The translations under genes were made by a program, and so were the position numbers. This document shows, one piece after another, positions 28,083 through 36,864 of a stretch of DNA of 64,000 bases. The stretch is from an uncultured Eubacteriales bacterium (GTDB lineage Bacteria > Bacillota > Clostridia > Oscillospirales > CAG-272). A model generated the notes under the pieces. That model was not told where the DNA came from and ran no database searches. It saw nothing but the letters and a program-made list of their open reading frames with translations. The stretch covers positions 36,641 through 100,640 of the forward strand of contig CAKSAC010000006.1 in the NCBI GenBank assembly GCA_934434925.1. Reading direction: 5' to 3'. Numbering within the stretch: position 1 is the stretch's first letter; every line of letters begins with the position of its first letter.

Positions 28083-31034
28083 ATGAATGTATGGAAACGT
28101 CTCGCGGGAATTTTCGGGAAGCAGAAACCGGCCCGTGGAGAAAAAATCCGCACCCTGCCCTACACGCTCAACCTGCCCCCCGTCTTCAGCGATATGCGCG
28201 ACATCGGCTCGCTTGAACTCTCTGCTGACAATGTGCGCGCCCGGTTCCTTTCGGCGCGCGCCGAATTGCCGGAAGAAGTCACGGTTTTCGCCCCGGTCGA
28301 AAAAGGCGATTTCCCCGCGTCCGAAGAGGCTCCCGTTTTCGTGGACGCCGCCGCGCCTGCCGGCGGAGACGGCAGTAAAACCGCTCCCTTTTCCGACCCG
28401 GCCGACGCACTGGCGGCCATGGCGGGGTGCGCGGGAGGCAGGATATCTTTTGCCCCCGGGCTTTACACGCTGACAGAAAGCCTGCGGATCGGTCAGGAAC
28501 ACAGCGGCCGCGCCGACCGCCCGCTGATCCTGCGCGGAGAAGGCGATGTCGTCTTTACATCCAACCGTTGCTTCGACGGCCCCTTCCACCCGATCGACCC
28601 GGAAAACGACCCGACAGCCGCCCGGATTCCGGCCGCGGCACAGCCCCATGTCGTCTATACCACGCTGGAAGAACAGGGTCTGAGCGCCGAAGATATGGCC
28701 GAGATGAAGAAAAGCGGCACCCCGCCCCGGTTGCGCGTCGGAGAAGAGGAATACTCTCTGGCCCATTTTCCGAACAATACCCAAAACATCCATGAACGGC
28801 TCTATTTTACCGTTGCACTCGATCAGGGTTCCTGCACCACGCGCGACGGCTCCGACCTCTATTGGCCGTGGGTCGAACGCGCCAACAAAGAGTTCGGCGG
28901 TGATATTCATCATGAAGTCGGCTGGCAGATCCGCCTGCCGAACCGCCTCGACAACGCCGATGACCCGCGGGCCGACGCGCTGACGGCCGAGGTCATCTCC
29001 TGGGTCAACACCGGCGATATCTGGTATTTCGGCTCGACCTTTGAAGGCTGGGAATTTGACTATTACAACCTCGCCGTGGAGGCCGACGGGATCCGCAACT
29101 GGCACTACGGCCCGAAGGGAGAAAAACTGCTCGGCGGCTTTACCCCCGACCCGGAGGGGCCGATTTATACGGTGTATGACGAAGACGGAAACCCGCATGA
29201 AGAAAACGGCTATTTCTTCCTGAAATCCCGCCACCCCAGCAAGTGGGGCTGTAAACATTCGGGCAACTCTCCGGCCGGGCATAACACCTTCTATCTTTTC
29301 AACGTTATTGAAGCGCTGGACTCCCCCGGCGAATGGTTTTACGACAGGGAGACCGGCCGGATTTATCTCTACCCGACCGAATCGTTCGGAAAAAACCGTA
29401 TCTTCTATTTCGGCAATTCCGAATTTGACCTCTTCACGCTCGAAGAGACCGAAAATGTTATTTTTGAAAACATCGGCATAAACGGCTCGGGAGCCAACGG
29501 GGTCTTTGCCCGGGATTCTTCTTCTCTTCTCTTCCGGTCCTGCCGGATGCGGAACACCTCTTTGGCGGCTGTGCGCCTGCTCGACTGCGACCATTCCGCG
29601 CTTCTCTTCTGCGATTTTTCTTACGCAAGCAAAGGTCCGATGGTCGTTTTGTCCGGACCGAAAGCGCTGGCCTCCCTGCACCCCGCCGATAACCTTGTGC
29701 AGAACTGCGTCTTTCACGACGCCGCGCCGAACCACCCCTTCTGCCTGTCTTTCGGCGGATGCCGCACCGTCGTCTCGCATAACTTCTTCCATAACTGCGT
29801 AATCGAAGGAAGCGGCGGCACAACGGAGTGCATGGTGGAATACAACCGCTTTGACGGCGGCAGTGCCGATGTGAGCGACGGCGGCATGATCTATTGCAGC
29901 GGCCCCATGGCGCGCGGCAACCACTATCGCTACAACCTCTGCCACCGCTTCCGCGCCACGCACAACGGGGTCTACAACGACACGATGAACAGCGGCAACT
30001 ACGCCTACGGCAACATCATCTCGACCATCGGCTCCAAGTCCAACTCCAACAAGGGCTGGTATTCTTCCACCGGAACCGGAAACGTCTGCTACGGCAATAT
30101 CTTCGCCCTGCGGAACCCCGTACAGGTCGCCGCCGCCAACGGCCGTGACGGAGACGAAGGCGAGACCCTGCGCAACCGGATCGGCGACCAGGTCAACCAA
30201 AGTCCTCTCTTCTATTACTACTGGGATGATAAGGGATATTCCCAGGTCAACAACCCCCTGCACGAGATTACCGATTATGATGGCAACAAGACCGGCGCGT
30301 CCTTTTACCAGAGCCTGGCCGCCCACTGGTGGCGCGGCATCCGCGAAAAAGAGCTGACTACCTATACAACCCTTTACAACGCGGAAGCCTATCGCCGCCG
30401 TTTCCCCGTGTATATGAACCGGCTGGAAGTTCTGAAAATGCTCTTTGCCGCGCAGGATGCCGGCGATTACGCCGTCCGGTATTTCTACGCGCCGATCCGT
30501 CCTTCGGGCAAGAGCTTTTCCTATGACGGCCTGCGCCCCGGTACGCTGATTACCATCCCGCCCTATGACTATCTCAACGAAGCCGGCGAAACCGTCACGG
30601 TTCCCCAGCATACAATCGAGGCTAAAGACGGGTCAGCCACCCTGACCTATGAAGAGCTGGCTTCAATCGAGCGCTCCTTCCGCGCGCCTTCCTGCTGCGT
30701 CATTGAACGGAATATTCTCCTCGGCGGCACCCCCGCCTTCTCGGAAAACGGCCGGATTCTTGAAAAGTCGGATGAAAGCAAAACCCTGACCGACGATACT
30801 CTCCGGTATCATTACCTCGGCTACGCCGACACCGCAAGCAAAAAGAAGAATTATTTCCATTATGCCTATCAGGAAGTGCTTGACGCCGACCATTGCCGGT
30901 ATGCGATTTCCGATATGCGCTATTCGGTCATGGACCACGAAATGGGCAAGGGCTACCGCGACAATTTCACCAAACTCTCTTCGGAAAAAGCCGGGTTGAC
31001 TCTCCCCTTTGATTATGATTCTTTCGGCCAATGA
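28083..31034 (+). CDS. 983-aa right-handed parallel beta-helix protein without recognisable signal peptide; paralog of 3527-7339
   Basis: AAGGAGG RBS. Long blocks shared with the lipoprotein paralog: WVNTGDIWYFGSTFEGWEF, GCKHSGNSPAGHNTFYLFN, YNRFDGGSADVSDGGMIY, GNHYRYNLCHRFRATHNGVYND. The N-terminus MNVWKRLAGIFGKQKPARGEK has no hydrophobic core. Confidence 0.8.
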   Translation: MNVWKRLAGIFGKQKPARGEKIRTLPYTLNLPPVFSDMRDIGSLELSADNVRARFLSARAELPEEVTVFAPVEKGDFPASEEAPVFVDAAAPAGGDGSKTAPFSDPADALAAMAGCAGGRISFAPGLYTLTESLRIGQEHSGRADRPLILRGEGDVVFTSNRCFDGPFHPIDPENDPTAARIPAAAQPHVVYTTLEEQGLSAEDMAEMKKSGTPPRLRVGEEEYSLAHFPNNTQNIHERLYFTVALDQGSCTTRDGSDLYWPWVERANKEFGGDIHHEVGWQIRLPNRLDNADDPRADALTAEVISWVNTGDIWYFGSTFEGWEFDYYNLAVEADGIRNWHYGPKGEKLLGGFTPDPEGPIYTVYDEDGNPHEENGYFFLKSRHPSKWGCKHSGNSPAGHNTFYLFNVIEALDSPGEWFYDRETGRIYLYPTESFGKNRIFYFGNSEFDLFTLEETENVIFENIGINGSGANGVFARDSSSLLFRSCRMRNTSLAAVRLLDCDHSALLFCDFSYASKGPMVVLSGPKALASLHPADNLVQNCVFHDAAPNHPFCLSFGGCRTVVSHNFFHNCVIEGSGGTTECMVEYNRFDGGSADVSDGGMIYCSGPMARGNHYRYNLCHRFRATHNGVYNDTMNSGNYAYGNIISTIGSKSNSNKGWYSSTGTGNVCYGNIFALRNPVQVAAANGRDGDEGETLRNRIGDQVNQSPLFYYYWDDKGYSQVNNPLHEITDYDGNKTGASFYQSLAAHWWRGIREKELTTYTTLYNAEAYRRRFPVYMNRLEVLKMLFAAQDAGDYAVRYFYAPIRPSGKSFSYDGLRPGTLITIPPYDYLNEAGETVTVPQHTIEAKDGSATLTYEELASIERSFRAPSCCVIERNILLGGTPAFSENGRILEKSDESKTLTDDTLRYHYLGYADTASKKKNYFHYAYQEVLDADHCRYAISDMRYSVMDHEMGKGYRDNFTKLSSEKAGLTLPFDYDSFGQ

Positions 31035-31285
31035 TTCCTTTCGCACTGTTCCGCGCGCCGGGCTCCCCGGCGCGCTTTTCTCTTTTTCTCCGGGTTCTTC
31101 CCCCCGGCGCGCTTTCCGTCGGCGCCCTCCCTTTTTTCGCCCGCACCGGCTCTCCCAAACCCGCGTTTTTTCTTTTTTTGTGCAAAATGACGAAGCCCCT
31201 TGCCGAACCATACAAAAAGCCGTAACATGCAGGCGCTTTTTTCGGTTCATTCTCCGATTTTTATGTTCAATCCCACCATTTTCGC

Positions 31286-31313
31286 TTGACAAATTTCAAA
31301 GGCGTGATATAGT
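31286..31313 (+). promoter_or_regulatory. sigma-70-type promoter of ABC operon (TTGACA-16-TATAGT)
   Basis: TTGACA at 31286-31291, a 16-nt spacer, TATAGT at 31308-31313. Confidence 0.55.
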
Positions 31314-31381
31314 GAAGGTGAGGGCGGCTCTGTTTCGCTCTTGCGGGAACTTACCACTTGTTCTGTGTGAGGTGCTGTGCT

Positions 31382-33595
31382 ATGCTGCCGATCGACACTC
31401 TTTCCGCCGCCGCGGAAGATCTTTTCCGCGCAAATCATATCGACCCAGGCTCCCTGTATGCTGTTCTCCGGCTGGATCAAAGCCCTGCCGGGGAGGCGCT
31501 TGAATGCTTCCTGGCCATTGACGGAACCCATGCGCTTCTTTTGCGCGCCGTTCCGAAGACCGGAATTTTTGAGCGTCTTCCGCTTGCCGCATACAGGGAG
31601 CCTTATGTTGACAGCTTTCAGTCCGCCTGTCAGTTTCTCGCCAAAAAGACAGAAGGGGAAGCGCTCGTCACCGTCAGCCTCGGGTGTTGCACCAACGCCT
31701 GCAAGACCCAGCTTTTCGTCTTCCTTTCGGTGCTGGAAATGCTGCGCCGGGGCGAGCTGCTCACCGGAGAAGAGCCGCTTTTTGACCCCCTCCGCGAACA
31801 ACACGAGCCGGAACGGAAAGGTTCTTCGGTCATGCGGCGGATGTTTGCGTATTTCCGGCCGCACCGGTGGCTTACCTTCCTGATTTTCTTCTGCCTCTTG
31901 TTTGAAGTCGGCGCAGACCTTCTCCGCCCCTATCTTTCGGGGAAAATCCTTTTCGACCGCATTATCTCGCCAAGCGGCGACCTGCACGCCATAGAGCCGC
32001 TTTTCCTCTGCCTGTTTTCGGTTATCACCCTGGCGGTCCTGCGCTGGGTCAGCATCATCGTCCGCAACATCTTTGCCTCGCGGGTTTCCCTGCACGTGCG
32101 TGAAAAAATGCGGAACCAGCTCTTTGAAACGACCGAGCGGATGTCGCTCTCCTTTTACAGCCGCAACTCCACCGGGCAAATCCTCTATCGCATCGGCGCG
32201 GATGTCGATTCGGTGGCGGTCTTCTTCGGCGAGAACTCCGTCTCGCTGATTATTTACACCGTCGAATTCGTGACGGTGGCAATCATACTCTTTCTGCTCA
32301 ACTGGAAACTCAGTCTTTTCATCCTGGTGCCGATCCCGCTGCTTGTGCTGATCTACCGTCGCGCCTTCCCGCAGATGAAACGCCTCAACATCCGCGCCCA
32401 CCGCGAAAATATCGCGATCAGTTCCCGCATTACCGATTCGCTGAACGGAATCCGCGTCGTCAAGGCCTTTTCCAAAGAGAAGGAAGAAAGCGACGCGCTC
32501 CGCGCCCGCCTCTCGCGGCTCTACCGGGTCAACCTGCAGGAAAACCTCTTTTCCGCCCTGCTCGGCCCCTCGGTGGCCATGCTGATCTACCTTGCCAGCC
32601 AGGCGATCTGGGGTCTTGGCGGGGCCGCGGTTATGGTCGGCGGGATGAGCTACGGCGATTTCTGCACCTACCTCGGATTTGTCGGGATGGTCTTTGCCCC
32701 GCTCCAGTTTTTCAGCAACTATACCACCCTTGTCGGCCGGACAGCCGAAAGTTCCAAGCGGATTGTCGATATGCTTGACGGCATACCCGACGTGCGGGAA
32801 GCACCGGATGCCCTTATGCAGGATACTCTCCGTGGAGATATCGACTTTTTGCGGGTCAATTTTCATTACATCCCCAACCGGCCGATTATCAAAAACCTCT
32901 CTTTCTCGATAAAATCCGGGGAACATATCGGCGTTGTCGGCCATACGGGAAGCGGAAAAAGCACCATGGCCAGTCTCCTCACCCGGATGTATGATGTGAC
33001 GGGCGGGCAGATTCTTCTTGACGGGGTCGATATCCGCCGTCTCCCTCTTTCCACCATCAGAAAAAACATCGCGCTCGTCTCGCAGGAAGTGCATATCTTC
33101 TCCGGTTCCATCGCCGACAATATCCGTTTCGGCCGGCCGGACGCCTCGATGACAGAAGTCATGAACGCCGCCCGCGCGGCTGAGGCGCACGCGTTTATCC
33201 TGGCCTTGCCGGAGGGGTACGATACGATGATCGGTTCCGGCGGACGATCGCTTTCGGGCGGGGAACGCCAGCGTATCTCGATTGCGCGCGCCCTGCTGCT
33301 GAACCCTCGCATCCTGATTCTGGACGAAGCCACAGCGGCCATGGATAACGAAACCGAACGCCGGATTTCGGATGCCATTGCCCGTCTGATCGAGGGAAAA
33401 ACCTCCTTCTCGATTGCGCACCGCCTCTCTTCTCTCCGGGATTGTGACCGGATCATGGCGATTGAAGGCGGCACGTTGCGCGAGATGGGAACGCGGGAGG
33501 AGCTTCTTTGGCAGAAGGGCATCTTCTATAAGCTCTATACGTTGCAAAACGAACAAATGCACAAAGTGATGAACGGTGAGGAGGAAGACCTATGA
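31382..33595 (+). CDS. ABC exporter, fused permease/ATPase, with ~160-aa N-terminal extra domain
   Basis: ORF 31358-33595. Start taken at ATG 31382 (GAGGTG 7 nt upstream). Walker A GHTGSGKST, signature LSGGERQR, Walker B ILILDEATAA. The canonical exporter core begins near MRRMFAYFRPHRW. Confidence 0.85.
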   Translation: MLPIDTLSAAAEDLFRANHIDPGSLYAVLRLDQSPAGEALECFLAIDGTHALLLRAVPKTGIFERLPLAAYREPYVDSFQSACQFLAKKTEGEALVTVSLGCCTNACKTQLFVFLSVLEMLRRGELLTGEEPLFDPLREQHEPERKGSSVMRRMFAYFRPHRWLTFLIFFCLLFEVGADLLRPYLSGKILFDRIISPSGDLHAIEPLFLCLFSVITLAVLRWVSIIVRNIFASRVSLHVREKMRNQLFETTERMSLSFYSRNSTGQILYRIGADVDSVAVFFGENSVSLIIYTVEFVTVAIILFLLNWKLSLFILVPIPLLVLIYRRAFPQMKRLNIRAHRENIAISSRITDSLNGIRVVKAFSKEKEESDALRARLSRLYRVNLQENLFSALLGPSVAMLIYLASQAIWGLGGAAVMVGGMSYGDFCTYLGFVGMVFAPLQFFSNYTTLVGRTAESSKRIVDMLDGIPDVREAPDALMQDTLRGDIDFLRVNFHYIPNRPIIKNLSFSIKSGEHIGVVGHTGSGKSTMASLLTRMYDVTGGQILLDGVDIRRLPLSTIRKNIALVSQEVHIFSGSIADNIRFGRPDASMTEVMNAARAAEAHAFILALPEGYDTMIGSGGRSLSGGERQRISIARALLLNPRILILDEATAAMDNETERRISDAIARLIEGKTSFSIAHRLSSLRDCDRIMAIEGGTLREMGTREELLWQKGIFYKLYTLQNEQMHKVMNGEEEDL

Positions 33596-34119
33596 GTACA
33601 TGGCAAACCGAGTCCGCCGACTGGTTCCGTCTGACCAGGGAAAACGCGCGGTTTCTCCGCTCTGCCGGCGGCTTACTGGCGCTTGAATACCAAAATGAGG
33701 CCGGGGAAACGGTGAAAGAAGACCGGGTCATTGTTCTGCGCTCCTTCCCTCTTTCTTCTCCCGACCGATTTCTTTCCGTGCGCCGTCCCGAAACCGGCCA
33801 GCCGGAGATCGGTATGATAAACGAGATCGGCGACCTGGACGAAGAGAGCGAGGCGCTGGTATCGGAAGAGCTGGCGCGGCGTTATTTCATTCCGACAATC
33901 CGGCATATCGTCAGCCTGCACAGAAAAGGCGTCATTTATATCAAAGCCGACACCGACATCGGCCGGCGGCTCCTGCGCCTGCGTGATACGGCTTCCAGCT
34001 TCCGCACACTGGAAGACGGGCGCGTGATCCTCAACGATCTGGACGGAAGTTGTTACGAAATTCCCGACCCGCAGGCGCTCGACCGTGCCAGTTATCGGAA
34101 AATCGAGATTTTCCTGTGA
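33592..34119 (+). CDS. DUF1854-like protein
   Basis: ATGA overlap with the upstream ABC gene; 175 aa. The family assignment is from memory of DUF1854 proteins encoded between ABC exporter genes. Confidence 0.6.
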   Translation: MSTWQTESADWFRLTRENARFLRSAGGLLALEYQNEAGETVKEDRVIVLRSFPLSSPDRFLSVRRPETGQPEIGMINEIGDLDEESEALVSEELARRYFIPTIRHIVSLHRKGVIYIKADTDIGRRLLRLRDTASSFRTLEDGRVILNDLDGSCYEIPDPQALDRASYRKIEIFL

Positions 34120-34128
34120 GGTGAGCTT

Positions 34129-36357
34129 ATGAAACTCCTGTATGAATTGCCGGAAGACCTGAAAAAGCTCTTGCGCCGAACGACGGGGGAAGCCACGCCG
34201 ATTTTCTGTATTCCTTATGATATAGAAGACGGCAGGAGCGTCGTCGGCTATTTTCTGGCCACCCGAACCGAGGTTTTCCGCCTGTGTGACGGAAAGGTGC
34301 GTCTTCGATTACCGGTCAGGGAACTTTCGGAATTTTCCATCGAACAACGCGTAGGCTCCTGCGCCCTGCTTGCCAAGAGGGCGGGGAGCGATACCGAACT
34401 CTGCATTTTCACCCCGACGGTCAACCGCCCGCGTTTTGCCCTGCTTTTGGAACCGCTCACCGCTCTTTCGGCCAAAGAAGAGATTGAAACGCCCGAAAAT
34501 GACGAGCCGGAGCAGGTCTGCCCGAAATGCGGCATGCCCTATCTCCCCTATTCGACCTCCTGCCGTTTCTGCTCCCGCGGGAAGGGCGGGCTGACCTTTT
34601 TGGTGGAAGCGACCCGCGGCCTGCGGCTGATGCTCCTTTTCCCCCTTCTTGTCATGGCCTGTTCGCTGGCAATCCGCTTTATCGTTCCCGCCATTCAGAA
34701 GACCGCTATCAACCGCTTTATCTATCCCGCGGAAGGGGTCGTGCGCGGAACGGGCGACCAGTTCTTTGTGCTGGTCCTCTCCCTGATTGCCTTCGACCTT
34801 GTCAGCCGTTTGCTGAACATTATCCAGACCCGCCTTTCGGGCATCGCGGGGAACCGCTTCTCGATCCGGATCCGCCGCATGATGTTTGAGCGGGTGGAAG
34901 CGCTTTCTCTCTCCCAGATCCAACGCCGTTCCATCGGCTATCTTTCCGACCGCGTCAGCGCGGACGTTTCCGTCATCCAGCGCTTTCTGATCGACCGGAT
35001 GCCCTCCCTGCTTTCTTCTCTTCTCGGTCTTGTCGTCGGCGCGGTGCTGATTTTGACGCTCGACCCGACCATGAGCCTGCTTGTCGTTCTTCCCATCCCG
35101 TTTGCGCTGGCTTTCGCGGCCTTCACGCGCACACTTACCAAACGTGCCAACTGCCGCGTGAACTATTCTACCCAGCGTTACAGCCGTTTCAATTACGATA
35201 TTATCAGCGGGGCGCGGACTGTCAAGGCCTTCGGACAAGAGGATGAGGCCGTCCGGAACCATCATCTTCTGCTCCATACCCACACCGAAACGCAGATTCT
35301 GACTTCCCGGCTCCGCATTCTTCTCGGCCTTATCACCTCCCTGCTCTTTGAATGCGGCAGTTACCTGCTTCTGTTTTTCGGGAATCTCTGGATCTTTGAA
35401 GGAACCGTTGATGTCGGTACCATCAGCCAGTTCTCGGCCTATGCCGCCATTTTCTGTGAACCGCTGAAACAATTCACCGAATTACCGTCCGAATTCTCGG
35501 AATTTATGACCACCCTCCGCCAAATGCGCGAAATCCTGGATGAAAAACCCGAGATTCAGGACTCCCCCCGCGCCGTCACCCCGCCGATTTTCGGCCATAT
35601 CCGGGTCGAGAACGTCTGTTTCGGATATAACGCCTACGAGCCGGTCCTGCATCATGTGAGTTTGGAGATTCGCCCCGGGGAAATGGTCGGGATTGTCGGG
35701 CATTCGGGGTGTGGAAAGACCACGCTCGTCAACCTCATCATGCGTCTTTTCGAGGTCGGGAGCGGGCGTATCACACTGGACGGAACCGACATCCGCGACC
35801 TGCCGCAATCCTATCTGCGCGGCGCAATCGGGATTGTTCCGCAGGAAACGCAACTGTTCGACGGAACCGTCCGCCGGAATATCCTGTACAGCCGTCCGGA
35901 CGCTTCGGATGAAGATGTTATCCGCGCCGCGCGGGCGGCCAACGCGCATGATTTCATCCTTTCTCTCTCGGAAGGCTATAACACCCGGGTCGGCGACCGC
36001 GGCTATTCTCTCTCGGGCGGGGAACGCCAGCGTATCGCCATTGCCCGCGCTTTGATCCACAACCCGAAAATCCTCATCCTGGACGAAGCGACCGCCGCCC
36101 TTGATACGGAGACCGAACGCTCTATTCAAGAGGCCATCGACCATCTGACCGTCGGCCGGACAACAATCGCCATCGCGCACCGCCTCTCCACTCTCCGGAA
36201 CGCCGACCGCATCATTGTTTTCGACCACGGCCGCATTATTGAATCGGGAACCCACCACGAACTGATCGAAGCGCGGGGGAAATATTATTCTCTCGTCACC
36301 GCGCAGGCCGAAGCCGCCCTCGGGAACGATGTCCTCCTGGAAAAGGCCGGTATCTGA
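34129..36357 (+). CDS. ABC exporter, fused permease/ATPase, with ~150-aa N-terminal extra domain plus CxxC...CxxC zinc ribbon
   Basis: GAGGTGAG RBS. Walker A GHSGCGKTT, signature LSGGERQR, Walker B ILILDEATAA. CPKCGMPYLPYSTSCRFC precedes the first TM. Confidence 0.85.
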   Translation: MKLLYELPEDLKKLLRRTTGEATPIFCIPYDIEDGRSVVGYFLATRTEVFRLCDGKVRLRLPVRELSEFSIEQRVGSCALLAKRAGSDTELCIFTPTVNRPRFALLLEPLTALSAKEEIETPENDEPEQVCPKCGMPYLPYSTSCRFCSRGKGGLTFLVEATRGLRLMLLFPLLVMACSLAIRFIVPAIQKTAINRFIYPAEGVVRGTGDQFFVLVLSLIAFDLVSRLLNIIQTRLSGIAGNRFSIRIRRMMFERVEALSLSQIQRRSIGYLSDRVSADVSVIQRFLIDRMPSLLSSLLGLVVGAVLILTLDPTMSLLVVLPIPFALAFAAFTRTLTKRANCRVNYSTQRYSRFNYDIISGARTVKAFGQEDEAVRNHHLLLHTHTETQILTSRLRILLGLITSLLFECGSYLLLFFGNLWIFEGTVDVGTISQFSAYAAIFCEPLKQFTELPSEFSEFMTTLRQMREILDEKPEIQDSPRAVTPPIFGHIRVENVCFGYNAYEPVLHHVSLEIRPGEMVGIVGHSGCGKTTLVNLIMRLFEVGSGRITLDGTDIRDLPQSYLRGAIGIVPQETQLFDGTVRRNILYSRPDASDEDVIRAARAANAHDFILSLSEGYNTRVGDRGYSLSGGERQRIAIARALIHNPKILILDEATAALDTETERSIQEAIDHLTVGRTTIAIAHRLSTLRNADRIIVFDHGRIIESGTHHELIEARGKYYSLVTAQAEAALGNDVLLEKAGI

Positions 36358-36358
36358 C

Positions 36359-36448
36359 CCCGCTTTTCTCCCCGTTTCTCCACGGCCACCGCTTTCTCTC
36401 CCGCCCGCTTTTCTCCCCGTTTCTCCACGGCCGCCGCTTTCTCTCCCG
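36359..36448 (+). repeat. 45-bp tandem repeat x2 (+ partial third) starting 2 nt after the ABC stop
   Basis: cccgcttttctccccgtttctccacggcc(a/g)ccgctttctctcccg at 36359 and 36404. Confidence 0.9.
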
Positions 36449-36463
36449 CCCGCTCCTTCTCGC

Positions 36464-36631
36464 CGTCCGGCCGGGGGGAACAAGTTAAAAGCTCCCCGCG
36501 CACCCTCTCCCCCGAGGGAGAACCTTCCCGAAAGGTTCTTCCTTTTCTTTTTTCCTGCCCGGCCACCATTTTCTCTCCTGCCCGCTTTTCCTCTTTCCCC
36601 GCACGTCAGCCACCCCTTTTCCGCGCCGGCC
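36464..36631 (+). repeat. dispersed repeat family 2, copy 1 (partner 39367-39530, circularly permuted)
   Basis: Shared modules cgtccggccgggg..a.caa.gttaaaa...ctccccgcgc; accctct.cccc..cgagggagaac.tt..ccgaaa.g.tcttccttttctttt; cgcacgt...c.accccttttcc. Confidence 0.75.
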
Positions 36632-36653
36632 GCAATGATTTATTTGATACGAC

Positions 36654-36688
36654 AAAAGAAGCCGCACCTTTTTCGTGCGGCTTCCCGG
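36654..36688 (-). terminator. rho-independent terminator (10-bp perfect stem), best on minus strand
   Basis: GAAGCCGCAC-ctttttc-GTGCGGCTTC. The minus-strand reading is followed by TTTTGTCG. Confidence 0.6.
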
Positions 36689-36864
36689 CGTTTTTATGTT
36701 CGGTTGTTTATATCCGGGGATTATTCTTATTTCGGGGGCTTTTCCTCACGGAAAGTTGCCAAGGCCCTCGTTTGCTTTTTGTCGGCAGTCCGTTGCCTGC
36801 CCCGGGAAGAGAGCGGCCCTGTTTTCCGTGCGGAGCGGCGGCCGCCCGTTCGGTGCTTGGAGAA

